DNA from: an uncultured bacterium
Lineage (GTDB): Bacteria; GCA-001730085
Direction of reading: 5' to 3'
Length of the DNA stretch: 32,000 nt
Assembly: GCA_964565945.1 (NCBI GenBank)
Contig: CAZMGY010000011.1
Location: forward strand, 80,390 to 112,389
Of this stretch, positions 18,601 to 26,851 are shown in pieces (positions within the stretch are counted from its first letter, which is position 1; each line of letters opens with the position of its first letter). The notes below the pieces were generated by a model. It was given only the letters and a program-made list of their open reading frames with translations. It was not told the DNA's origin and searched no databases. A program made the position numbers and the translations under genes.

Positions 18601-20610
18601 ATGAAAGTCAGCTACAATTGGCTCAAAGAGTATGTTAGCACCGATTTGTCGCCTCAGGATTTGGGAGATAAATTATCAATGGTGGGTTTGGTGCTTGATA
18701 GCTTAGAGCCCAACGGAGATGATTGGGTTTATGAGTTTGAAAATCTAGCCAATCGTCCGGATTGGTTATCTGTTCAGGGCATTGTGCGCGAAATAGTGGC
18801 GGTCACTGGTGCCGAGTGGACTTTTCCAGATATTATGCTCAAAGAAAGTTCTCAGTTGGTCCAAGATGCAATTAAGGTGTGCATTGAAGCGCCTGAGCAT
18901 TGTCCGCGTTATACGGCTCGCGTGATTCGTAACATTCAAGTGGGGCCGTCGCCAGATTGGTTGATTGATCGTTTAGAAAAATCAGGTATTCGTGCTATCA
19001 ACAACATTGTCGATATCACAAACTATGTATTGCTCGAATACGGTCACCCTCTTCACGCCTTTGATTTGAACAAGGTTGGAAACAAAGAAGTTATAATCCG
19101 TTTGGCTAAGCCAGAGCCTTATTACACACTGGATGGAGTGAAAAGAATCTTGGACGAGGAGATGCTGGTGGTGGCTGATGCCCATAAAACTCTTGCGATT
19201 GCTGGTGTGATGGGGGGGCAGGATGCGGAAGTTTTGGGGGACACACGGCATATTCTTTTGGAAAGTGCTTATTTTAATCTTCATTCGGTGCGTCAGACCT
19301 CGCTCCGTTTGGGTTTGTCGACCGAAGCGTCGTATCGATTTGAACGGGGTGCCGATGTGGATATGGTTCCTTTGGCTTTGGACCGAGCGGCTAGCTTGAT
19401 TCAAGAGTTGGCTGGGGGAGAAGTTTTGCAAGGCGTGGTGGATGCCTATGTGGCTCCCTTGGATGATTTGGTCATCGAAGGAAGGGTGTCGAAAATTAAT
19501 CGCATCATTGGTTTGGAGCTAAGCGCCAAAGAAATGCAAAAATATTTACAGTCGATCGACTTTACGGTCGGGATCACCGACGAAGATACCCTGTATGTTG
19601 AGGTTCCTAATTGTCGGCGCGAAGTTTACCGCGAGGAGGACTTGGCCGAGGAAATTGCCCGTTTATATGGTTATAATTACATTCCGACTACCACACCCGA
19701 CTTGGCTATGTATCACATTGCTGTGGATCCGTTGGAACACTTGCAGCAACAGCTCCGTGAAACGAGTATTCGTTTGGGCTTGTGGGAAGCTATCAATTAC
19801 AGCTTTATTCACCCCAAAGAACAAAAAGAACTTAAAGAGGGCAACATTTGTTTAGCCTTACCCTTATCGGAAGAGCAAAGTGTGATGCGTCAGAGTTTAG
19901 TGCCGGGATTGCTCAAAAATTTTGCTCATAACTGGGCGTATAGTTTGCGGGCTGGAGATTTTTTTGAATTGGGTGATGTTTATGGTCTTATCGATGGGGT
20001 AAGGCAAGAATCTCCTATGTGGGGGATGATTTCTCCTCAAGGGGTCAGGTTTGTTAAAGGCTGTGTGGAGCAGCTTTTGCAGATGGCAGGTCTTAAGGGC
20101 CGTTATGCTTGGACGGTTGATCAAAGTATTTGGAGCGATGCTGATCGTGCCTTATGTTTGTTGGTGGATGATGAGCTATGTGGCTCTCTGGCCTTGGTGT
20201 CTTCGCAAAAATCTAAGCAATATGGCATCAAAGAATGCAAACACCCGATCAGTGTGGCCGAATTGGAACTCGACCTGATTTTGCATAAAGTGCAACTGAC
20301 TCCAGTGTTTTGTCTCTTGTCGGCGTTTCCAGCCGTGCATCGTGATTTGGTTCTTAAAATGCCCGAAGAGATGCTTTGTGGCCAAGTTCTTGAGGCGATT
20401 GATGCGTTGAACTTGGAGCATTTGCAAGCTTGTGAGCTTTTTGACATCTATCGTGGAGAGCAGTTGGGATCTGGTCAAAAAAGTTTAGGCTTTGCCTTAA
20501 CCTTTCAGTCTCAAGAAGCCACTTTGACCGATGCTGAGGTGGATCAGGCCTATCAAGCTATTCTGGATCATATGCAAGATACTTTATGCATCACTCTTAG
20601 AGATAAATAG
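18601..20610 (+). CDS. pheT: phenylalanyl-tRNA synthetase beta subunit (short form, no N-terminal tRNA-binding OB domain)
   Basis: The ORF starts MKVSYNWLKEYV. B3/4 blocks are present (CPRYTARVI, NNIVDITNYVLLEYGHPLHAFD, AIAGVMGG, ASYRFERG), as are the B5 block (REEDLAEEIARLYGYN) and a C-terminal FDX-ACB-like domain (SLGFALTFQS). The ATG directly abuts the pheS stop. Confidence 0.9.
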   Translation: MKVSYNWLKEYVSTDLSPQDLGDKLSMVGLVLDSLEPNGDDWVYEFENLANRPDWLSVQGIVREIVAVTGAEWTFPDIMLKESSQLVQDAIKVCIEAPEHCPRYTARVIRNIQVGPSPDWLIDRLEKSGIRAINNIVDITNYVLLEYGHPLHAFDLNKVGNKEVIIRLAKPEPYYTLDGVKRILDEEMLVVADAHKTLAIAGVMGGQDAEVLGDTRHILLESAYFNLHSVRQTSLRLGLSTEASYRFERGADVDMVPLALDRAASLIQELAGGEVLQGVVDAYVAPLDDLVIEGRVSKINRIIGLELSAKEMQKYLQSIDFTVGITDEDTLYVEVPNCRREVYREEDLAEEIARLYGYNYIPTTTPDLAMYHIAVDPLEHLQQQLRETSIRLGLWEAINYSFIHPKEQKELKEGNICLALPLSEEQSVMRQSLVPGLLKNFAHNWAYSLRAGDFFELGDVYGLIDGVRQESPMWGMISPQGVRFVKGCVEQLLQMAGLKGRYAWTVDQSIWSDADRALCLLVDDELCGSLALVSSQKSKQYGIKECKHPISVAELELDLILHKVQLTPVFCLLSAFPAVHRDLVLKMPEEMLCGQVLEAIDALNLEHLQACELFDIYRGEQLGSGQKSLGFALTFQSQEATLTDAEVDQAYQAILDHMQDTLCITLRDK

Positions 20611-20616
20611 AAGATG

Positions 20617-20700
20617 GTGTCATTCTGCGACTTGATCGTGGGATCTATAGGCCGCAGATTATTAAGTGAATCCCGCGGTCAAGTCGCGAGATTCAGAGTA
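20617..20700. repeat. palindromic intergenic repeat element, full copy
   Basis: The left arm is ctgcgacttgatcgtgggat (20625-20644). The right arm is atcccgcggtcaagtcgcgag (20670-20690). These are near-perfect reverse complements separated by a 25-nt spacer, ctataggccgcagattattaagtga. The element starts 7 nt after the pheT stop. Confidence 0.55.
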
Positions 20701-21075
20701 GAAAAGTAGCGAGGCTTAACGAGTATTAGCATTAAGAGAAAAGTTGCCTCTTTCTTTAAATGCTGAAAAAGGTGATTGGGATAGGGAACAGTTTTATGCT
20801 GATTACGAAGTTTTGAAACAGGAGAGAATAAAGACGGTTAGGGTTGATGTCCAACTCATGAGAGATATTGAGCCCATGAAGCAAAAATTTAAATCAATCC
20901 ATCGAGGGTTCTTTTTGTGCATAACGGGGAAAATGTTTAGGGTTTTGCGTAGTTGAATGGTTTGCTAGAGAGTGATTCTATCATTTTCAAAGTTTTGTCT
21001 AATCAAGATTTGCCAATATAGCAATTCTTTGATTGGTAACCTGTTTTATACTTTGCTTAAAGCCTACGGCTCTGC

Positions 21076-21105
21076 TTGGCAATTTTATCTCTAGAATGCT
21101 ATACT
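21076..21105 (+). promoter_or_regulatory. putative sigma70-type promoter (extended -10) for pyrB
   Basis: TTGGCA (21076-21081), an 18-nt spacer ending in TGc, then TATACT (21100-21105), about 73 nt upstream of the pyrB ATG. This is a sequence match only. Confidence 0.4.
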
Positions 21106-21178
21106 ACCGTAGTTACTATACATAATAGTATCGATATTTTTAGATTTAAAATATTTTAATTTTATTAAAAAGGTAAAT

Positions 21179-22117
21179 ATGGATATTTGGATACGACCTC
21201 ATTTGTTGAATATTCAAGATTTGAGCCGTCAGGATATTGAGCTTGTGATGAAAAAAGCAGGTTCTTATAAGGAGCTTTTGTCGCAAGATGTGAAAAAGGC
21301 TGAGACCTTGCGTGGTCAAACCGTGGTCAATTTGTTTTTTGAGCCCAGCACGCGCACACGTATTTCGTTTGAATTGGCCGAAAAGAGATTAAGTGCTGAT
21401 GCGGTCAATATGTCGGGGTCGTCGACGAGCATTGTTAAAGGTGAGACCTTAATTGATACGGTGGCTAATGTGAAAGCTTTGAATGCTGATATTGTGGTGA
21501 TTCGTCACCCCCTGGCGGGAGCGGCGCAACATGTGGCTGATGAGATTGATGTTGCGGTAATTAATGCTGGGGATGGCGCTCATGCCCATCCAACACAGGC
21601 TTTGCTGGATGTGTATACCATTTTGGAAAACAAAAAAACTGTGGATGGCTTAACAGTATCGATTGTGGGAGACGTCGCGCATAGCCGGGTGGCACGATCA
21701 AATATTTGGGCGCTAACAAAAATGGGGGCCAATGTTCGCGTGGTGGCGCCAGCCACGATGTTGCCGATGGGCATTGAAGAGTTAGGTGTTAGTTGTTATC
21801 ACGATCTGGAAGAAGGTATTCGTGGCGCCGATGTGGTGATGATGTTGCGTATTCAAAGAGAACGTCAGAATAGCCTTTTTTTTCCCTCACTGCGTGACTA
21901 TGCTGGTTTATATGGTTTACGGTGCGATGCGCTGACTTGGATGAGCCCCGACGCTTTGGTGATGCATCCTGGACCAGTGAATCTAGGTGTTGAGCTTAGT
22001 GAAGAGGTGGCACATGGTAGTCAGTCGGTAATTTTGGATCAGGTGACCAATGGAGTCGCTGTGAGGATGGCTGTCTTAGACTTGGTGAGTTCGGTCAAAA
22101 GAGAGGGTGTGTCGTGA
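21179..22117 (+). CDS. pyrB: aspartate carbamoyltransferase catalytic chain
   Basis: The 312-aa ORF has the motifs FFEPSTRTRISFE, the carbamoyl-phosphate/aspartate binding HPTQALLD, and HPGP. No pyrI follows it. Confidence 0.9.
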   Translation: MDIWIRPHLLNIQDLSRQDIELVMKKAGSYKELLSQDVKKAETLRGQTVVNLFFEPSTRTRISFELAEKRLSADAVNMSGSSTSIVKGETLIDTVANVKALNADIVVIRHPLAGAAQHVADEIDVAVINAGDGAHAHPTQALLDVYTILENKKTVDGLTVSIVGDVAHSRVARSNIWALTKMGANVRVVAPATMLPMGIEELGVSCYHDLEEGIRGADVVMMLRIQRERQNSLFFPSLRDYAGLYGLRCDALTWMSPDALVMHPGPVNLGVELSEEVAHGSQSVILDQVTNGVAVRMAVLDLVSSVKREGVS

Positions 22118-23403
22118 AAGATTTGAGGATTACAAAGGCTCGTTTGGTTGATGTGAATCAATGCTCCGTTAGTCCGCCGACTGAGGTCTATTGTCGCGAT
22201 GGCCAGATTCAAGCGATGGGCGATCATTTGGATATTCCAGAAGGGGTGGCGACGTTCGATCTTAAAGGCTTGTGGTTGTGCCCTGGCCTGATTGATATGC
22301 ATGTGCAGCTTCGTGATCCTGGAGAGCCCGAAGAAGAAACCATTGCCTCTGGGGTGGCTGCTGCAAAAGCTGGTGGATATACAGGTATTGTTTGTACCCC
22401 CAACACCGATCCTTCGTTGGACACGGGAAGCTTGATTGAATATCTTGTGCTTAAGGGGCATAAAAATGAAATGCCTATCTACCCTTTAGGTGCTCTAACG
22501 AAAGGGCTTAAGGGCGAGTATCTCAGTGAAATGGGTGATTTAAAACGTCGCGGAGCGATTGGTTTTGCAGACACCGAGCATCCCACAATGAACAGCGAAG
22601 TGATGCGGCGTGCGATGGAGTACGTGAAGTCGCTTGGTGTTCCTGCGTTTGTTGACTGCGAAGATGTTAACTTAGCTGCTGGAGGTGTGATTCACGAAGG
22701 CGTTCAAGCGAGCATTTGTGGATTAAAGGGAATTCCTCGCCAGGCGGAGTCCTTGATGGTGGCACGTAATTTAGCTTTGGCTGAGTTAACAGGATGTGCT
22801 ATTCATGTGCAGTGTGTATCTACCAAAGAAAGTGTTGCACTGATTGCTCAGGCCAAGCAACGAGGTGTGCGCGTTACTGCAGAGACATCACCTGCTTATT
22901 TTGCGTTGTGCTGTGAGGATATGAAACCCTATGATTCATCGTCGAAGTTGCGTCCGCCATTACGTACAGCTCAAGACCGTGAAGCGGTCAAACAGGGACT
23001 TATGAATGATGTGATTGATGTGATTGTGTCGGCTCATAGTCCGCAACGATGGGAAGAAAAACATTTAGAACTAGATTATGCTCCGTTTGGAGCAGTTGGA
23101 TTAGAGACCTGTGTGGGGGTGACACTCACACAATTTGCCAATGAAAAAGACGAGATTAAAGCCAAGATTTTAGCTAAGATGAGTTTGAATCCGGCCCAGA
23201 TACTTGGTTTACCCCTTAAAGGTCGCTTGCAAGAAGGTTATGCGGCCGATATGACTGTGATTGATCCCGAAAGTTGTTGGACTGTGGATCCGCAGATATT
23301 TCATTCCCAATCGTACAACACTCCGTTTGCTGGTTGGGAGTTGCAAGGAGAGCCTGTGGGCACGATTATTGCTGGATACATCGTTTATTCCAATCTGGCT
23401 TAA
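22114..23403 (+). CDS. dihydroorotase-like protein with degenerate metal-ligand motifs (PyrC'-type, probably non-catalytic)
   Basis: The 429-aa ORF has a class I DHOase-like architecture (GLIDMHVQLRDPG, GGYTGIVCTPNT, YPLGALTKG, RPPLR). The positions I recall as zinc or catalytic ligands are substituted: HVQ for HxH, FVDCED for HCED, HVQCVST for H..HVST, and SAHSPQ for TDHAPH. The GTG start overlaps the pyrB stop by 4 nt. Confidence 0.75.
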   Translation: MKDLRITKARLVDVNQCSVSPPTEVYCRDGQIQAMGDHLDIPEGVATFDLKGLWLCPGLIDMHVQLRDPGEPEEETIASGVAAAKAGGYTGIVCTPNTDPSLDTGSLIEYLVLKGHKNEMPIYPLGALTKGLKGEYLSEMGDLKRRGAIGFADTEHPTMNSEVMRRAMEYVKSLGVPAFVDCEDVNLAAGGVIHEGVQASICGLKGIPRQAESLMVARNLALAELTGCAIHVQCVSTKESVALIAQAKQRGVRVTAETSPAYFALCCEDMKPYDSSSKLRPPLRTAQDREAVKQGLMNDVIDVIVSAHSPQRWEEKHLELDYAPFGAVGLETCVGVTLTQFANEKDEIKAKILAKMSLNPAQILGLPLKGRLQEGYAADMTVIDPESCWTVDPQIFHSQSYNTPFAGWELQGEPVGTIIAGYIVYSNLA

Positions 23404-23447
23404 GTCTCTTCTGGCAAAAGGATAACTTTTTAGGAAGGGAGAACAGC

Positions 23448-24785
23448 ATGTTTGACAATCTGAGTAATAAATTCACCGATGTTATGCGTAATATGCGTGG
23501 CATGGGGAAGATGACCGACAAGAATATCGAAACGGTCGTGCGTTCTGTTAAAATGGCTTTGCTTGAGGCCGATGTGGACTACAAGGTTGTTAAGCATTTG
23601 GTCGATGATATCAAAAAACGTGTGGTGGGCCAAGACGTCTTGCGTAGCGTTTTACCTGATCAGCAATTTGTCAAAATTATTCATGAAGAACTCACGGAAC
23701 TGATGGGACAGTCGCATGTTGATTTGAATCAAGCTACGGTTGGAGCCACTTACGTTATGCTTGTTGGTGTGCAGGGCTCTGGTAAAACGACAACGTGTGG
23801 AAAGTTGGCGGCTTTTTTGAAAAAGCAAGGCAAAAAAGTAATATTGGTGAGTGCCGACGTGTATCGTCCTGCTGCAATTAAACAATTGAAGATTTTGGCC
23901 GAACGAGCTCAAGTCGACTTTTATGATCTCCAAGGCGAAAAAAATCCGTGCAAAATTGTGATGAACGCAACAGAGTATGTGCGTCACAAAGACTATGATT
24001 ATGTCCTTTTTGATACAGCGGGTCGCTTAGATGTTGATGAATATCTAATGAACGAGCTTAATGAAATGAAAGTGACGATTAAGCCTCATGATATCTTGTT
24101 TGTGGCTGACGCTATGATGGGACAGACTGCCTTGAATGTGGCTAAATCTTTTGAGGACTGCATTGGTATTGGCGGTGTGGTTCTCAACAAGTTGGATGGG
24201 GATACTCGTGGCGGTGTCGCTCTTTCTGTGAAGAAAGTTTTGGGCAAACCCGTTAAGTTTATCGGAGTTGGTGAAAAACTAGATGATTTGGAGCCTTTTT
24301 ACCCTGAACGTTTAGCTTCGCGCATTTTGGGGATGGGGGATGTGGTATCTTTGGTCGAGAAAGCCAAAAACACTGTTGATGAGCAAGAGGCAAAGCGCCT
24401 TGAAAAGAAAATGTGCAAAGCGGGCTTGGATCTGAATGATTTTTTGCGGCAATTGCAGCAAATGAAAAAAATGGGTTCAATTAAAGATTTAATTACGATG
24501 TTGCCTGGAGGAAATCAGCTTAAAAATTTGCCTTTGGACGATAAGCAATTGGTTCATATCGAAGCGATGATTTTATCGATGACGCCCTGTGAGAGGGAAC
24601 ACCCTCACGTGATCAATGGCAGTCGTCGTAAAAGGATTGCCAAAGGGAGTGGGTGTGAGTTGCATCAGGTGAATCGTCTTTTAAAACAATTTGAAACTAT
24701 GAACAAAATGATAAAAAAAATGGGACAGGGTGGCATGATGAAAAAAATGGCCACAGGCTTTAAGGGCGGTTTCCCGATGGGATAA
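23448..24785 (+). CDS. ffh: signal recognition particle protein Ffh
   Basis: The ORF starts MFDNLSNKFTDVMRNMRG. The GTPase motifs GVQGSGKTTTCGKLA, DTAGR and NKLDGD are present, as is a Met-rich M domain (MGQGGMMKKM). The ATG at 23448 has the RBS aggaagggag. The track's upstream extension from 23274 overlaps pyrC' and is rejected. Confidence 0.95.
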   Translation: MFDNLSNKFTDVMRNMRGMGKMTDKNIETVVRSVKMALLEADVDYKVVKHLVDDIKKRVVGQDVLRSVLPDQQFVKIIHEELTELMGQSHVDLNQATVGATYVMLVGVQGSGKTTTCGKLAAFLKKQGKKVILVSADVYRPAAIKQLKILAERAQVDFYDLQGEKNPCKIVMNATEYVRHKDYDYVLFDTAGRLDVDEYLMNELNEMKVTIKPHDILFVADAMMGQTALNVAKSFEDCIGIGGVVLNKLDGDTRGGVALSVKKVLGKPVKFIGVGEKLDDLEPFYPERLASRILGMGDVVSLVEKAKNTVDEQEAKRLEKKMCKAGLDLNDFLRQLQQMKKMGSIKDLITMLPGGNQLKNLPLDDKQLVHIEAMILSMTPCEREHPHVINGSRRKRIAKGSGCELHQVNRLLKQFETMNKMIKKMGQGGMMKKMATGFKGGFPMG

Positions 24786-24791
24786 TGAACG

Positions 24792-25250
24792 ATGGTGGAC
24801 GGGAATAAAATCATTCTCAACAATAAAAAAGCCAGGCACGAGTATTCGATTATCGAAGAATTCGAAGCGGGCCTTGTTTTGCAGGGCACCGAAGTTAAGT
24901 CTTTGCGTACGGGCAAGGGGAGCTTAGTCGGTTCGTTTTGTCGTATTTTTCAAGGGGAGCTTTTTGTGCATGGGATGCATATTCCCGAGTATGCCCAGGG
25001 AAATATTCATAATCATGATCCTTTGCGGGTGCGTAAGCTTTTGATGCAGCGCAGAGAGATTAAAAAGTTGATTGGCAAAATGGAGCAAAAGGGCTATACG
25101 ATGGTGCCACTATCGCTTTATTTTAAAAGAGGTTATGCCAAGTTGAAGTTATCTCTTGTCAAAGGTAAAAAACTGCATGATAAACGCGAAGACATCAAAA
25201 AGAAAACCATGGATCGTGACATTGACCGGGAGATGTATCGGCGAAGATAA
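24792..25250 (+). CDS. smpB: SsrA-binding protein SmpB
   Basis: The 152-aa ORF contains NKKARHEYSIIEEFEAGLVLQGTEVKSLR...GYTMVPLSLYFKRGYAKLKLSLVKGKK.HDKRE. Confidence 0.95.
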   Translation: MVDGNKIILNNKKARHEYSIIEEFEAGLVLQGTEVKSLRTGKGSLVGSFCRIFQGELFVHGMHIPEYAQGNIHNHDPLRVRKLLMQRREIKKLIGKMEQKGYTMVPLSLYFKRGYAKLKLSLVKGKKLHDKREDIKKKTMDRDIDREMYRRR

Positions 25251-25336
25251 TAATTATTTGATAAAGTAATATAATCTTGTTTTAATTGAGCATCTGTGAG
25301 GAATATTTATCTATGTTGTTAGTTGTGAAATAGCCT

Positions 25337-25618
25337 TTAGTCTAGTTTTTCTTTTTTATCAAGCAGATTTGACAAAGCAGCCATAGATAAATAACTTAAA
25401 TCGTCGTCGTTTTGCACAATAGCAATACTAATATTTGCTTTGTCTTTATTGGTTTCTTCCATTTGGCTATTTCTTTTTTTTGCTTCAGGAGTTAAATCGT
25501 TTAGCCATTCGTCAATTTTTGTTTTATTTTCATTATCTCCATCCTGGTTATGCTTTAAGCTCCATTCATCCCATTGATTAAATATATTTTTAAGTATTTT
25601 TTCTAATTCCGTTAACAA
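25337..25618 (-). CDS. hypothetical acidic, low-complexity protein (possibly a gene remnant)
   Basis: This is the only minus-strand ORF not antisense to a clear gene. It has 93 aa from a TTG start with no obvious SD. The reading frame stays open about 40 codons further upstream without any ATG or GTG. The sequence is AT-rich with no recognisable motifs. Confidence 0.3.
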   Translation of the reverse strand: MLTELEKILKNIFNQWDEWSLKHNQDGDNENKTKIDEWLNDLTPEAKKRNSQMEETNKDKANISIAIVQNDDDLSYLSMAALSNLLDKKEKLD

Positions 25619-25849
25619 AGCTTCAAAATCAGTGTCACCTTTTTTTACACCCTCCCTAGAGGTGATAAATTTATCCTCTTTATCTTTTGAATCTAATTGA
25701 TCATAATGAATTTGCCCATAAAAGAAGCCCTGCTATCTTCAAAAGCACGAAAATCTCATACACTCCGAAGAGAAGCAGTAATCCTAGTGCTAATCTTTCC
25801 TCAAAGAAACGGACACCTCGCTAAGCATAATCAAGTAACAAATTTCAGC

Positions 25850-25905
25850 TCATATTCTACTAGGGATCCTATAGCTCAAGCTTGAATGTAACCGCAGACG
25901 ATTAT
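25850..25905. repeat. degenerate partial copy of the palindromic intergenic repeat
   Basis: tcatattct..gggatcctatag (25850-25874) and ccgcagacgattat (25892-25905) parallel tcattct..gggatctatag and ccgcagattatt of the 20617-20700 copy. The arm core is deleted and there is a 17-nt insertion. Confidence 0.35.
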
Positions 25906-25942
25906 AGAATATTTCGATGTACTTGAAAATCAAAAAAGAAGA

Positions 25943-25972
25943 TTGACAAATAATTGCTTCATTATATATAAT
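25943..25972 (+). promoter_or_regulatory. putative sigma70-type promoter for rplM-rpsI
   Basis: Consensus TTGACA (25943-25948), an 18-nt spacer, then consensus TATAAT (25967-25972), about 38 nt upstream of the rplM GTG. Confidence 0.5.
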
Positions 25973-26009
25973 ACGTTTTTGGCTAAATTTTTATCAAAGA
26001 GGTGATGTT

Positions 26010-26438
26010 GTGAAAACACAGTGGATGAAACAGTCCGACATTGATCAGTCTTGGTATCACATTGATGCTGAGGGACGAATTTTGGGGCGTTTAGGCACTC
26101 AAATTAGCGATATTTTGCTTGGAAAAAATGATGTACGTTTTATTCAAGGCGTAAATTTTCAAAACTATGTGGTTGTGACCAATGCTGAAAAAATTGTTGT
26201 GACGGGTAAAAAGCTTGAGCAAAAGTTGTATCATCACCACACTGGTTATACAGGTCATTTGAAAACAATGACTCTGGCTGAAAAATTGGCTAAAAAGCCA
26301 GAAACCGTTATCAAGGATGCTGTTAAAGGCATGTTGCCTAGCAATAAGTTAGGGCGTCATCTGTTGAAACATCTAAAAGTTTATGTAGGTTCAGAGCATC
26401 ATCATCAGGCGCAAAAACCTGAAGTTGTGGCTGTTTAA
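26010..26438 (+). CDS. rplM: 50S ribosomal protein L13
   Basis: The 142-aa ORF contains [23 protein letters not shown]....F......[14 protein letters not shown]...K.YY.H.GY.G. It has a GTG start with the RBS agaggtga. Confidence 0.95.
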   Translation: MKTQWMKQSDIDQSWYHIDAEGRILGRLGTQISDILLGKNDVRFIQGVNFQNYVVVTNAEKIVVTGKKLEQKLYHHHTGYTGHLKTMTLAEKLAKKPETVIKDAVKGMLPSNKLGRHLLKHLKVYVGSEHHHQAQKPEVVAV

Positions 26439-26449
26439 GGAGGCTTATT

Positions 26450-26839
26450 GTGGCAGAGGTATTTCGCGGAACAGGACGACGTAAGACATCAACCGCTCGT
26501 GTGCTAATTCAAAAAGGGAGCGGACAAATCACTGTGAATGGTCAAAAATCGGATGACTATTTTGCTCGTCCTAGCTTGAGCATGATCATTAATCAACCTT
26601 TGGAATTGACAGAGCAAATTGGTAAAATTGACATTGTGGCCAATATCCAAGGTGGTGGAGTGGTTGGTCAAGCTGGTGCTTTGCGCCATGGGATCACTCG
26701 TGCTCTTATGCAAATGGATGCTAATCTTCGTCAGGTTCTTAAGAAAGCTGGTTTTGTCACTCGTGACTCCCGCATGAAAGAAAGTAAACATTACGGTCAT
26801 AAAAAAGCCCGTAAAAGCTTTCAATTTTCTAAACGTTAG
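26450..26839 (+). CDS. rpsI: 30S ribosomal protein S9
   Basis: The 129-aa ORF contains [12 protein letters not shown]..., [17 protein letters not shown], and the C-terminus [23 protein letters not shown]. It has a GTG start with the RBS aaggagg. Confidence 0.95.
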   Translation: MAEVFRGTGRRKTSTARVLIQKGSGQITVNGQKSDDYFARPSLSMIINQPLELTEQIGKIDIVANIQGGGVVGQAGALRHGITRALMQMDANLRQVLKKAGFVTRDSRMKESKHYGHKKARKSFQFSKR

Positions 26840-26851
26840 GGTTTGTTTGCC

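Noticed and set aside
23274-23447. N-terminal extensions in the ORF track (ffh from 23274, murC from 10044, pheS from 17539, the GT from 13015, yraN from 11850, fmdB from 26843)
   Set aside because: The extensions begin at alternative start codons, overlap upstream genes or lack family similarity. Internal ATG codons with better RBS context reproduce the canonical N-termini.
25251-26009. Search for tmRNA (ssrA) next to smpB
   Set aside because: No tRNA-like acceptor or T-arm ends and no tag-peptide reading frame were recognisable by eye. ssrA is presumably elsewhere.
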